Shown here: in pieces, positions 1 to 8,537 of the stretch
How positions within the stretch are numbered: position 1 is the first letter of the stretch
Layout: each line of letters begins with the position of its first letter
IMG/VR virus record: IMGVR_UViG_3300028840_003851
Origin: a virus
Strand: one strand, 5' to 3'
Length of the DNA: 64,000 nt
Notes under the pieces: generated by a model
Told to the model about the DNA's origin: nothing
The model's database searches: none
Seen by the model: only the letters and a program-made list of their open reading frames with translations
Made by a program: the position numbers and the translations under genes

Positions 1-361
1 AACAGGTTACGCTTACACCGTTCTGGGTAGAAGGCGTGCACTACCTGGTATCAACTCTAGATACAACGGTGTGCGCGCAGATGCAGAGCGAAAAGCGGTC
101 AACACGCGTATTCAAGGTAGCGCTGCAGACGTTGTAAAGATGGCTCAGATTATGTGTCACGCATCTAGGTTCGACAGAAAGTACGGATGCGAGATGCTCC
201 TTCAGATTCACGACGAGCTAGTGTTCGAGTGCCCCACGGAGAACGTGGAGAGGGCAATGAAGGACATCGTCGGAACTATGGAGCACCCGTTCCCCACAGA
301 CCTTGCAGTGGCTATGGGCGTGGATGCCGGTACAGGACAGACATGGGCGGAAGGACATTAG
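1..361 (+). CDS. polA: Family A DNA polymerase, C-terminal part (5'-truncated by window edge)
   Basis: Frame is open from base 2: TGYAYTVLGRRRALPGINS...AERKAVNTRIQGSAADVVK...LLQIHDELVFE, the PolA motif C region. Confidence 0.95.
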   Translation, partial: TGYAYTVLGRRRALPGINSRYNGVRADAERKAVNTRIQGSAADVVKMAQIMCHASRFDRKYGCEMLLQIHDELVFECPTENVERAMKDIVGTMEHPFPTDLAVAMGVDAGTGQTWAEGH

Positions 362-362
362 T

Positions 363-554
363 ATGAAGAACCCTAAGGATATGGACGACGGCGAGCTCGT
401 ATGTGAGCTACTGCAGCTTACAAATGAGTGGGCGGCGGCACCTATCCGTACAAAGCTTACGTTAGCCCGCGACCTAGACCTACTGAAGACAGAGGTTCTG
501 TCTCGTATGGAGAAAAGGAGAGACGATGAGACTAGAAGAGATGAGCAACCGTGA
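363..554 (+). CDS. Small hypothetical protein (paralog of next ORF)
   Basis: ATG at 363 right after the polA stop; MKNPKDMDDGELVCELL...KTEVLSRME. Confidence 0.65.
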   Translation: MKNPKDMDDGELVCELLQLTNEWAAAPIRTKLTLARDLDLLKTEVLSRMEKRRDDETRRDEQP

Positions 555-888
555 CCTGTTAGAGAACCTCCTACTGTGTACGAGTAGTCACTGCGAGCTA
601 AAAAGGTACCCGACACCTATAGAGATGAGGGAGGAGGTGCTTAGACGGATGGAAACAGAGGTAGAGGCTCAAGAGCAGCTTGCGAACAGGTACGTCGACC
701 TGATGTGCAGGGTGTTCAGAGACAGGTTCAACAACGGAGGGGAGCTTCACGATGCTGTAGAGGCTGACTACGGAGAGCAGCTAGACACTGTATACCTACA
801 GCTGTCGGACGCTAATAGGAAGCGGGTAGACCGCACGTTCTGCACCGGCTCCTACAAGGAGGAGAAGAATGTCGGAAACGCGAGTTAA
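526..888 (+). CDS. Hypothetical protein
   Basis: AAGGAG upstream; MRLEEMSNRDLLENLLL...REEVLRRME. Confidence 0.75.
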   Translation: MRLEEMSNRDLLENLLLCTSSHCELKRYPTPIEMREEVLRRMETEVEAQEQLANRYVDLMCRVFRDRFNNGGELHDAVEADYGEQLDTVYLQLSDANRKRVDRTFCTGSYKEEKNVGNAS

Positions 889-1171
889 GGAGTACTACTG
901 TGACACCTGTGGAGGAAGGATTGGGAGGACGCTTGAGCACGCCTGCTTCATCTGCGAAGCGCAGCTCTGTAGCCGTGATTGCTGCAAGGCTCTACTGTGT
1001 ACCGCAACGGGGACAGTAGCTACATTCAGCGATACTGATTGCCTGGGCAGTATAAAGCTGTGTCGTAGCTGTCGGAATAAGTACCAGGACAGAGCGTACG
1101 AAAGAGCAGTGGATGCCTTTTGCTCGGCTCTTAGAGAGTACAAAGAGGAGGAGGAGAAGAATGGAGGTTAG
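869..1171 (+). CDS. Cys-rich zinc-finger-like protein
   Basis: AGGAG RBS; CDTC, CFIC, CSRDCC and CRSC motifs. Confidence 0.75.
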   Translation: MSETRVKEYYCDTCGGRIGRTLEHACFICEAQLCSRDCCKALLCTATGTVATFSDTDCLGSIKLCRSCRNKYQDRAYERAVDAFCSALREYKEEEEKNGG

Positions 1172-1256
1172 ACCTGATGGGGAGCTTGTCATGCGCGTGG
1201 AGCCCCTAGACCTAGCGGACGAGAACCCTATTCCTGATGAGATACTAGGATGTTGA
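1161..1256 (+). CDS. 31-aa micro-ORF (not in ORF track)
   Basis: GAGGAGGAG upstream; MEVRPDGELVMRVEPLDLADENPIPDEILGC; exactly fills the gap between overlapping neighbours. Confidence 0.45.
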   Translation: MEVRPDGELVMRVEPLDLADENPIPDEILGC

Positions 1257-1786
1257 AACCGTGCAAGCTATGTGGTGGAGCCGGATTCTATAAGAGCGAG
1301 GAGGGAGGACCAGAGGACAAGAGCCCAAGGATGTACCACAAGTACTGGGTAAGCCGAACAGACAGAAGGGACAAGCCCGGAGAGAAGCACCACGGGTGCC
1401 ACCTGTTCGTGCTGGATGCTGACCACGACAGATTCGCCATCCCAGCACTTAGAGCATACGCAGCGGCATGCGACAAGGAGCTACCAGAGCTGTCAAGAGA
1501 CCTTAGGGTACTTGCAACAGAGATGGAAAGAAGGATGCCAGGCGTATCGCACTACATGCGCAACGCGCCAAGCGGGCATGTAGGGTTGAGCAATGTAACT
1601 GTGAAGAGGGAGACACAGCCAGGGGACGAGAGGAGAGGAGCCATTCTAGTAAGGGTGAAGGGCAGGGTTGGAGAGCACTGGATACCGAAGTACCGCATAC
1701 ATGACGACTCAGAGGTTTGGCGAGCGGGAACGTCTGGTACTCTAATCATCCCGTTGGAGCTGGCAGAAGAGAAAGGACTGGCATGA
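1250..1786 (+). CDS. Two-module phage hypothetical protein
   Basis: KYWVSRTDRRDKPGEKHHGCHLFVLDADHDRFAIPALRAYA module followed by a GAILVR...HWIPKYRIHDDSEVW...GTLIIP module. Confidence 0.8.
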   Translation: MLKPCKLCGGAGFYKSEEGGPEDKSPRMYHKYWVSRTDRRDKPGEKHHGCHLFVLDADHDRFAIPALRAYAAACDKELPELSRDLRVLATEMERRMPGVSHYMRNAPSGHVGLSNVTVKRETQPGDERRGAILVRVKGRVGEHWIPKYRIHDDSEVWRAGTSGTLIIPLELAEEKGLA

Positions 1787-2289
1787 GCTACATAGTGACG
1801 CATAAGCTGTTGAATGGTTACGTGTTCCCCGACAGGCAAGCTGCGTTCGAGGCTGTGTCTCGGTGCTACCTCTCTCCTCTAGTAATGGAGCTAACTGAGG
1901 ACGAGACAACCACAGTGCTTATCGCAGGTAAAGATGAGGAGGTCTGCAAGATACTACCAGCCACGCCCCCAGAGCCTATGGTGTCTTTGGCGTTACACGG
2001 ACGTGTAGAGAAGATAGACGTGAAGGCCGACTATAAGGATGGTGAGATTCAGCTTACTATGGCGCTTCCTGCCCTCTCGTACGATACCAGACTGGCATTG
2101 CAGCACATAGCCGCGCAGCCAAAGGTGTCTGCGATACTCCATCTAGGCTGCCACGCCAAAGAGCTTCATGATGAGAACGTACACCTTAAACACCGTCTAC
2201 GCGACCTTAAAAGACTTCACAAGGACCTTACGGGGGTGTCTAGGGCAATCAAGGAAACTATCCCAGAGGAGACTGAAGATGATGAGTAG
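1783..2289 (+). CDS. Hypothetical protein
   Basis: ATGA overlap with the previous stop at 1783; MSYIVTHKLL... Confidence 0.7.
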   Translation: MSYIVTHKLLNGYVFPDRQAAFEAVSRCYLSPLVMELTEDETTTVLIAGKDEEVCKILPATPPEPMVSLALHGRVEKIDVKADYKDGEIQLTMALPALSYDTRLALQHIAAQPKVSAILHLGCHAKELHDENVHLKHRLRDLKRLHKDLTGVSRAIKETIPEETEDDE

Positions 2290-2842
2290 AGAGCTATTGG
2301 TAACAGCGGTGTGCGGACTTCTTATCGAGGTTGGGTGCTCCGGCAAGTGCCCCCAGCCGGAGCCGTGCGTGTGCCCCACCAGCACAGTGAGCGCCGCGCC
2401 GACAACGAGCGGAACGGTCGTGCCAACCACAACGACGTCTGTGAAGCCGAAGGCTCCAGGTAGGAGCACGCAGCTTCCGGAGAAGCTAAGCAAGAAGGAG
2501 AAGAAAGCAGCCATTGCCAACGAGGACGACCCTGTAAAGGTTGAGGCCACAGTAGAGAAGCAGAAGGGGCTGTCCGGGGTCACCCTGGAGCTCAATAATA
2601 CGACAGACAAGACGGTCGTAGCCTTCAAGGGCTACGTCTACGGATTCAACAAGATGGACGAGCCTATGGAGATAGCTCTCGGAGGAGAGTTCGTTAAGTT
2701 CCTGTCCGCGGACGACACCAAGCTCACACCAGGAAAAAGCAAGCAGTGGTACCGCTCCTACTACGGTCTCGCTAAGGGTACGACCGCCTTGGTGGAGATT
2801 GTAAAGGTGAAGTACGACGACGGGAGTGATTGGGAAAGATAG
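2279..2842 (+). CDS. Secreted/membrane-anchored (possibly lipo)protein with Thr/Pro linker
   Basis: Hydrophobic N-terminus LLVTAVCGLLIEVGC, TTTS-rich linker, beta-rich C-domain ending YDDGSDWER; lipobox is non-canonical. Confidence 0.7.
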   Translation: MMSRELLVTAVCGLLIEVGCSGKCPQPEPCVCPTSTVSAAPTTSGTVVPTTTTSVKPKAPGRSTQLPEKLSKKEKKAAIANEDDPVKVEATVEKQKGLSGVTLELNNTTDKTVVAFKGYVYGFNKMDEPMEIALGGEFVKFLSADDTKLTPGKSKQWYRSYYGLAKGTTALVEIVKVKYDDGSDWER

Positions 2843-3042
2843 TGCGCTTCGTAGAGATTACCATCGTACCTGCCGGAGTGTGCGAGCACTGCGGCGGTAC
2901 GGTAGCATTGGAGCACCTAGATAGCTCATGGCGTAGGCGCTGCATGAGCTGCATGAGCTGCAACAAGGAGAGCAGACATGGCAGAGAAGAAGACGTTTTA
3001 CATCACGAAGTGGGCGCTAACGAAGGGCATTGTTGCCCGTAA
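2830..3042 (+). CDS. Small CxxC protein
   Basis: GGGAG before TTG; CEHC...CMSCMSC with a 9-nt tandem duplication TGCATGAGC at 2941-2958. Confidence 0.45.
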   Translation: MGKIVRFVEITIVPAGVCEHCGGTVALEHLDSSWRRRCMSCMSCNKESRHGREEDVLHHEVGANEGHCCP

Positions 3043-3274
3043 GGGGATAAGAGAGGAGAACCGAAACGGACCCAGAGTGGTCTTCGGAAGAGGTCAAGAC
3101 ATCCTTATCCTAAAGATCGGAAAGGACGTCTTTGAAGAGCTCACAGAAGCTAAAGCAGATGCCTTCAACAGAGCTAAGAAGGCCGAGGAGAGGGCAGAGA
3201 AGACGGCCAGAGAGGCCAGCAAGAAGCGCAAGGCGTTCAAGTCAGGGAACATCGAGGTAGTAGAGGAGGAGTAG
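2978..3274 (+). CDS. Phage hypothetical protein
   Basis: AAGGAG RBS; FYITKWALTKGI N-terminus of a type seen in small phage proteins. Confidence 0.75.
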   Translation: MAEKKTFYITKWALTKGIVARKGIREENRNGPRVVFGRGQDILILKIGKDVFEELTEAKADAFNRAKKAEERAEKTAREASKKRKAFKSGNIEVVEEE

Positions 3275-3276
3275 CC

Positions 3277-3456
3277 GTGGACAGGTATCTGTACGTAGTG
3301 GTAGACGACGACGGGGATATTGACGCGACCTTCAATAGAAGGGAAGAGGCCGTGGAGCATGCAAGTGCCTGGAAGGGTTTCAAGGTGTTCCGCTTCGAGC
3401 TTAGCAAGAACAAAAGAAGAAAGGACGGGGCCCTCTACGTCAGTAAGAAAGCATGA
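3277..3456 (+). CDS. 59-aa ORF (not in ORF track)
   Basis: GAGGAG RBS, GTG start; MDRYLYVVVDDDGDIDATFNRREEAVEHASAWKGFKVFRFELSK...; stop overlaps the next ATG (ATGA). Confidence 0.65.
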   Translation: MDRYLYVVVDDDGDIDATFNRREEAVEHASAWKGFKVFRFELSKNKRRKDGALYVSKKA

Positions 3457-4757
3457 GAGCTCAGGAGCCTTCATCCTACTCTAGGTGGGCTCCTGCTATG
3501 GGTAGGAGGGCGGCTGCAGGGTTCGTCCTCCGAAACCTATTCCTCAGTAAACGTCCCCTCACTAGAACGTACCTAAAAGAGAATACTCCAGCCACCATGT
3601 TCGAGACAGATGACGCTATATGCTGGCTGGAGGATGAGGGGCACATAGTGAGGGACGTTAATAGGGGATACCAGCTAGAGCCTACTGGCCGTAAGATGGC
3701 TGCGCGCGTCGCAGGTAAGCACTTCCACTGTTGGTTAGTTCTCTATCGCGTGCTGGACAAGGGCACGGATAGAAACCCCTACTACATGTGCATGTGTGTT
3801 TGCGGTAATGAGCACGCTATCTGCGGAACCTCGTTACGTAATGAGCACACCAAGTCATGCGGGTGCAAAAAAGCGAGGTACCTGCGCAAGGCGAATAGAA
3901 AGCATGGAGGGGCGTATGCAGACGCCAAGACGATAGAGTACATGTCTTGGAGAACCATGCGACAAAGAGCAGCAGAGAGAGGAGAGAGCATCGTCCCAGA
4001 GTGGGAGCACTACATCAACTTCAAACGGGACATGTGCCCAGGAGGAAAGAAGCCACCCAGAGGCTGGATGTTTCGTCTAAGGGAAGACCTTCCCTGGGGG
4101 CCATCTAACACAATCTGGGTAAAGAGAGAGCACCTAGGTAGCAGCAAGGATAGATACCCACTTAAGAGAAGAAGATACTACTGGTGGACGGTGCTGTCAG
4201 GGCCTCTTCGCAGCGGTATGTGCTGGTGCTACTGCTCATGCGGAACCATACAGGCCGTTCGCGCGGCAGACCTGAGAGAGGGCAAAAGGAAGCATTGCGA
4301 CAACCCCGTATCTATCCACAAGAAGAAGCACAACAACCACAAGGAGCTAGCTAATGTAGCGTATGATTACGGCACATCGGAAGAGCACGTTGGCCTACGT
4401 CTGCTACCCCATGTAATCGGCGAAACGACGTGGGGAGAGCTGGTAGAGCGCTCTGGGGTTCCCTACGAGGGTGTTGTAGATGGTGTGATGTGGCTTGTGC
4501 GTAGTGAGCTCGTGTCTCCCACCAAGCTGTACAACGGCATCAGTGCTGTAGAGCTCACAAGCGCAGGAGAGCGCGTGGTAAACACCCAATGGCTTGGACG
4601 AGAGATGTGGGAGTGGAGGATTCTAGGCGTAAGCCCGTTTAAGGAGAAGAGACACATGCTGTGCTTGTGTACCTGCGGGAAGGTAGAGGAGGTGCGCGCT
4701 ACAGACCTTCTGTCTGGACGGGTGCCTGACTGCGGTTGTGGAGGAACATATGGATGA
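3453..4757 (+). CDS. Degenerate HNH/homing-endonuclease-derived DNA-binding protein with three CxCG zinc modules and two wHTH-like segments
   Basis: Three copies of W.V+......C.C.CG....V....L..G....C; YMSWRTMRQR...WEHYINFKRDM segment resembles the phage HNH region. Confidence 0.7.
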   Translation: MRAQEPSSYSRWAPAMGRRAAAGFVLRNLFLSKRPLTRTYLKENTPATMFETDDAICWLEDEGHIVRDVNRGYQLEPTGRKMAARVAGKHFHCWLVLYRVLDKGTDRNPYYMCMCVCGNEHAICGTSLRNEHTKSCGCKKARYLRKANRKHGGAYADAKTIEYMSWRTMRQRAAERGESIVPEWEHYINFKRDMCPGGKKPPRGWMFRLREDLPWGPSNTIWVKREHLGSSKDRYPLKRRRYYWWTVLSGPLRSGMCWCYCSCGTIQAVRAADLREGKRKHCDNPVSIHKKKHNNHKELANVAYDYGTSEEHVGLRLLPHVIGETTWGELVERSGVPYEGVVDGVMWLVRSELVSPTKLYNGISAVELTSAGERVVNTQWLGREMWEWRILGVSPFKEKRHMLCLCTCGKVEEVRATDLLSGRVPDCGCGGTYG

Positions 4758-4941
4758 CCCTTACATGAAGGAGATGCGGGGACTGGTAGCTGCATGGCGC
4801 ACTGCGGCGCAAAGCAATGACGAGCTAGCACGGGCGCTATACCGGTCGGAGCCAAACAGCAGCGACGTGTACAAGGAAGCTGCGGCCACCCTGAATAGCT
4901 GCGCTAGTGCGCTAGAGAGACTATTGAACAAGGAGAGATAA
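4750..4941 (+). CDS. Small hypothetical protein
   Basis: GAGGA RBS; MDDPYMKEMRGLVAAWR...; stop overlaps the thyX start. Confidence 0.65.
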   Translation: MDDPYMKEMRGLVAAWRTAAQSNDELARALYRSEPNSSDVYKEAAATLNSCASALERLLNKER

Positions 4942-5837
4942 TGAATACGACAGAGATGAAGTACGAGATTTGGCAGTGCCCCGATGGAGAGGAGGCACTG
5001 GCCTTCCTGGAGAGATGCTGCAGGATAGCCTACAGGTCTGAGGACAAGATAGACGACGGGAAGGAGGCGTGCCCCGCGTGCAGGGGGAGGAAGATTCTCT
5101 TCAACAAGCTGGAGTATGACCCCTGCACAGAGTGTAAAGGTACGGGGAAGATACAAGCTAGGGAGTCCTCGGCCTCAAAGCTTTTGAGGTCTGTACTCAA
5201 GGCAGATAAAAGAGACCGCCTAGTAAAGATGGCGGCTAAGCTTCTCACCATGAACGCCGTGTCTGTCGCGCAGGTGGCAGAGGATATTGTAGATAATGTT
5301 CTCCTGTCCATGCAGGGTGACCCACCGCACGAGTCCGTACTGGAGCACATGGTTATATCCGTGTACTTCACAGGCAACCGTGGGTTCACGCACGAGCTAG
5401 TGCGCCACCGCCCCACGTCTTACACACAAGAAAGTACGCGCTACTGCAACTACAACAAAGGCAAGTTCGGTAGTGAGATACGCGTGATAGGGAGAGAGCC
5501 CGAAGAGCTTGGCGGGGATAACCCAGTAGCGGCACAGCGTATGTGGGATAAGTGCCTAGATGTCGTAGAGGAAACGTACCGGTGGCTCACTACCAGTGGC
5601 GTTAAGGCCCAGATGGCTAGAGACGTTCTCCCACAGGTACTGGCTGCTGACATCGTATGCACGGCAAACCTCAGACAGTGGAGACACATCTTTCGCATGC
5701 GCTGCTCTCGCCATGCCCACCCAGACATGCAGACCTTAATGCGCCCTCTGCTTGAGGAGCTTAAGCAGCGCATCCCAATCGTATTCGACGACATCTACCC
5801 TAACGGCTACGGCGATGTGTCGGCTAAAGCTGCTTGA
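4941..5837 (+). CDS. thyX: Flavin-dependent thymidylate synthase with inserted zinc-finger and helical segments
   Basis: HESVLEH, HELVRHRPTSYTQESTRY (RHRx7S), ARDVLP, ANLRQWRHIFRMRCSRHAHPDM. Confidence 0.95.
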   Translation: MNTTEMKYEIWQCPDGEEALAFLERCCRIAYRSEDKIDDGKEACPACRGRKILFNKLEYDPCTECKGTGKIQARESSASKLLRSVLKADKRDRLVKMAAKLLTMNAVSVAQVAEDIVDNVLLSMQGDPPHESVLEHMVISVYFTGNRGFTHELVRHRPTSYTQESTRYCNYNKGKFGSEIRVIGREPEELGGDNPVAAQRMWDKCLDVVEETYRWLTTSGVKAQMARDVLPQVLAADIVCTANLRQWRHIFRMRCSRHAHPDMQTLMRPLLEELKQRIPIVFDDIYPNGYGDVSAKAA

Positions 5838-5898
5838 GGAGAGAAGAAAGAAGCTCAAAAGAAAACGAAGAAAGAAGCGCAGGAAGAAGCTTAAAAGA

Positions 5899-5932
5899 GT
5901 GGCGGCAGAGACTAGGTCTCTGCCCCCGCCAC
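5899..5932 (+). other. Strong hairpin without U-tract
   Basis: GGCAGAGAC-TAG-GTCTCTGCC (9 bp) plus outer GTGGC/GCCAC. Confidence 0.55.
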
Positions 5933-5975
5933 CGAGCTAGATACTGTGCGCACCCCTGTATAGAGGAGAATAAGA

Positions 5976-6221
5976 ATGGGAGCTAGCATGGACATCTTCG
6001 GCGTCCTCTCAGGAAGGATAGCCGTTGCGGCAGACCAGGAAGCAAACCTGGTGGTTACCTGGAACGAGTCAATGACCTTTCAAACGTGGTTTGAGTCAGC
6101 TCCAGGTCTGTTTGAGGAGAAGGGCATCTTCACCCACAAGCGCCCTGTAGAAGGATTAGAGGAGGCGAAACGGATGGCTCGAGAGTGGATAGAAGCATTC
6201 AGGATGGAGATAGGTCTATGA
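5976..6221 (+). CDS. Hypothetical protein
   Basis: GAGGAG RBS; 81 aa; ATGA overlap with the next gene. Confidence 0.75.
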   Translation: MGASMDIFGVLSGRIAVAADQEANLVVTWNESMTFQTWFESAPGLFEEKGIFTHKRPVEGLEEAKRMAREWIEAFRMEIGL

Positions 6222-6799
6222 GGCTATTGGTTGATGTAGACAACGTACTAGCTGACTTCGGTTCGGAGTTCGAGAGGGTGCTCCGAGATAGAGGGGCGTA
6301 CATCCCTACAAAGCTAAAATCGAGCTACTACCTTGAGGAGGCTTACAGCCTTCCTAGAGCAGTGGTAGCGGCAGCTATCCGCGACATGGACGCGTCAAAG
6401 ATACCAATAGTGAAAGGAGCTAAAGACTTCATAGATAGAGCTTTGACCTTGGAGTACAACGTGTACTTTGTAACGTCCTACCCTGCCGTAGAGGGTCTAC
6501 CTGTGTATGGTTGGCGGGACAAAAGGGACGAGTGGCTACAGGAGCACTTCGGTGAGCTAGGCAAGAACGTCGTGCACACCGGCCACAAGTACCTGTGCGA
6601 TGGAGACGTGTTCATAGACGATAAGCCGTCCAACGTCTTCACGTGGGCAAAGCATCACAGGGATAAACGAGCTCTTCTGTGGAGCCAATTTCACAATCTA
6701 AAGGAGTCTCTGCCTCTCCTCCCTAAGCTATTCAGAGTAGGCTCCTTCAGTGCTGCTGAGATGCACCTAGTCATGGAGAAGAGCCATGCCGAGGGCTAA
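6218..6799 (+). CDS. 5'(3')-deoxyribonucleotidase (NT5C, HAD family)
   Basis: RLLVDVDNVLADF (HAD motif I), YFVTS, WLQEHF, GDVFIDDKPSN. Confidence 0.9.
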   Translation: MRLLVDVDNVLADFGSEFERVLRDRGAYIPTKLKSSYYLEEAYSLPRAVVAAAIRDMDASKIPIVKGAKDFIDRALTLEYNVYFVTSYPAVEGLPVYGWRDKRDEWLQEHFGELGKNVVHTGHKYLCDGDVFIDDKPSNVFTWAKHHRDKRALLWSQFHNLKESLPLLPKLFRVGSFSAAEMHLVMEKSHAEG

Positions 6800-7268
6800 G
6801 GGTGCTGGAGAGGTACAGCAGCACGAGCTAAACCTTGAGGTGGCAAGGAGGACAGGAGTCAAGCTGACCGTAGTGCGTACCGTAACCGCAGCCTTCGTAG
6901 AGGCACTGAAAAGAGCTCTCATAGAGAAGGGGTCTGCTACGGTGCGCAACCTAGGTAGATTCCGGCTAGTAACGGAGAGAAGAATATCCGACTCCGACCG
7001 GAATATGCCTGCCCACATCACCGCCGAGAAGCTACGATGTAGAGTGTTCTTTGCGAAAGGATTGCCTTTCAAGAAGCAGATACACAGCTTTTTAAAGGAA
7101 GGAATGGCCATGGACAAGTACGGCGTGGACGAAGGGATAGAGCAGGAGAAGATGGAGAAGGCAGCATCCGAGGGTTGCCCGGAATGCGGGAGGGAGCTAG
7201 TCAAGCATGGCTCCATCCTGCTATGCCCGACCCACGGCTCTGAGCCGTTCGAGAAGAAAAAGAAGTAA
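6786..7268 (+). CDS. HU/IHF-like DNA-binding protein fused to C-terminal zinc ribbon
   Basis: VARRTGVKLTVVRTVTAAFVEALKRALIEKGSATVRNLGRF...RVFFAKG; CPECG...CPTHG. Confidence 0.8.
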   Translation: MPRAKGAGEVQQHELNLEVARRTGVKLTVVRTVTAAFVEALKRALIEKGSATVRNLGRFRLVTERRISDSDRNMPAHITAEKLRCRVFFAKGLPFKKQIHSFLKEGMAMDKYGVDEGIEQEKMEKAASEGCPECGRELVKHGSILLCPTHGSEPFEKKKK

Positions 7269-7282
7269 CTGTAGTTTTGCAG

Positions 7283-7313
7283 AGTACAGGGCGGCCAGTC
7301 GGTCGCCCTTACT
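7283..7313 (+). terminator. Hairpin upstream of recA-like gene (possible terminator/processing site)
   Basis: AGGGCGGCC-AGTC-GGTCGCCCT plus AGTA/TACT; weak U-tract. Confidence 0.45.
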
Positions 7314-7328
7314 GTTACTAGAGGGAGC

Positions 7329-8537
7329 ATGGCTAAAGCAAAGAAGAGAGCGAGTAAGAAGGAAAGTCTAGCGCTTGTGTGCGCTAGGATTAACTCTAAG
7401 TACAAGCACCCCGTAATGTGTATGGCTGACGAGCTGCCAGACACCACGACGTTGCGTAGGCCCAGTGGCATAATGGAGCTAGACATACACACCGGAGGTG
7501 GGTTCCCTGGTGGAGCTGTGACCGTGGTAGCAGGGAAGGACCAGTCTGGAAAGAGCGAGCTCTGTGCCTACTGTGTGGAGATGGTGCAGCGTCTCTACAA
7601 GAAGGACACCAGAGTGGCAATCTTCGCTACGGAGGGAGGATTGGACGTAGACCGCCTACGTGACGTGGGAGTCAAGATACGCTTGTCCCCCGAGGAGGTG
7701 GCGCGCAAGAACTTTGCTAGAGCTGCCGCTGGGGTGCCGCCGCTAACCAAGGAGGAGATAGGAGAAACCGTAGGGGAGATATACGCTGGAAGGGCTCCTT
7801 CAGGAGACGAGACACTAGAGGAGATTCTGAGTCTGATAGGGGAGAACATATGCCAGCTTATAATCGTAGATTCAGTTACAACGCTGTTTCCTATGGCTAA
7901 CCTTGGCAAGTCCCTCACAGACTCGGAGAAGATGGCGGCACACGCCACCATGATAACAAGGTTCTCTAACCGTATTGGAGAGCTCATGAGCGCTGTGCGT
8001 GGTAACAACGCTACTACGGTAATCCTCACGCAACAGATGCGAGCTAACCAGGATAAAGCAAACGCCCCTACATACATGCAGAAGTCCCTTCCGAACGAGA
8101 AACCAGCAGGCGCTCACGCGTTCAAGCATATCGCCACAGTCCGTCTGCTTCTAAGCGAAGGAAGCAGGATAAAGAAGACCATTAAAGGTGACAAGGTCGT
8201 GGTCGGAAAGACGCTAAAGTGGTACGTAGACAAGGGCAAGAAGGGAACATACAACCATAGAACCGGAGACGCCCCATTCTACTACGGAGGGTACGGGTTC
8301 CGTACAGGAGTAGATAGAATAGGAAGCGTCATAGTGTCCGGTATCCGCAGAGGAGTTCTAGCAGAGAAGCCGGACGGGGTGTACCTAAACACCGTAAATG
8401 GCTCCGTGCTAGCTGCAGACAACCTAGTGGAGCTGCGTAGCAAGATAGAGCAAGACCTAGAGCTTGAGCTATCAATACGATACGCCATTCAAGCAAGCAC
8501 CGGAGACTACCGGGTGTACAGGGAGCAAGACGCGTGA
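7329..8537 (+). CDS. recA: RecA/UvsX-like recombinase
   Basis: PSGIMELDIHTGGGFPGG, Walker A GKDQSGKS, Walker B LIIVDSV, VILTQQMR, AFKH, VDKGK. Confidence 0.92.
   Translation: MAKAKKRASKKESLALVCARINSKYKHPVMCMADELPDTTTLRRPSGIMELDIHTGGGFPGGAVTVVAGKDQSGKSELCAYCVEMVQRLYKKDTRVAIFATEGGLDVDRLRDVGVKIRLSPEEVARKNFARAAAGVPPLTKEEIGETVGEIYAGRAPSGDETLEEILSLIGENICQLIIVDSVTTLFPMANLGKSLTDSEKMAAHATMITRFSNRIGELMSAVRGNNATTVILTQQMRANQDKANAPTYMQKSLPNEKPAGAHAFKHIATVRLLLSEGSRIKKTIKGDKVVVGKTLKWYVDKGKKGTYNHRTGDAPFYYGGYGFRTGVDRIGSVIVSGIRRGVLAEKPDGVYLNTVNGSVLAADNLVELRSKIEQDLELELSIRYAIQASTGDYRVYREQDA

Noticed and set aside
2279-2842. o-spanin call for the Cys-containing secreted protein
   Set aside because: The lipobox is non-canonical, and it lies in the early region with no i-spanin partner.
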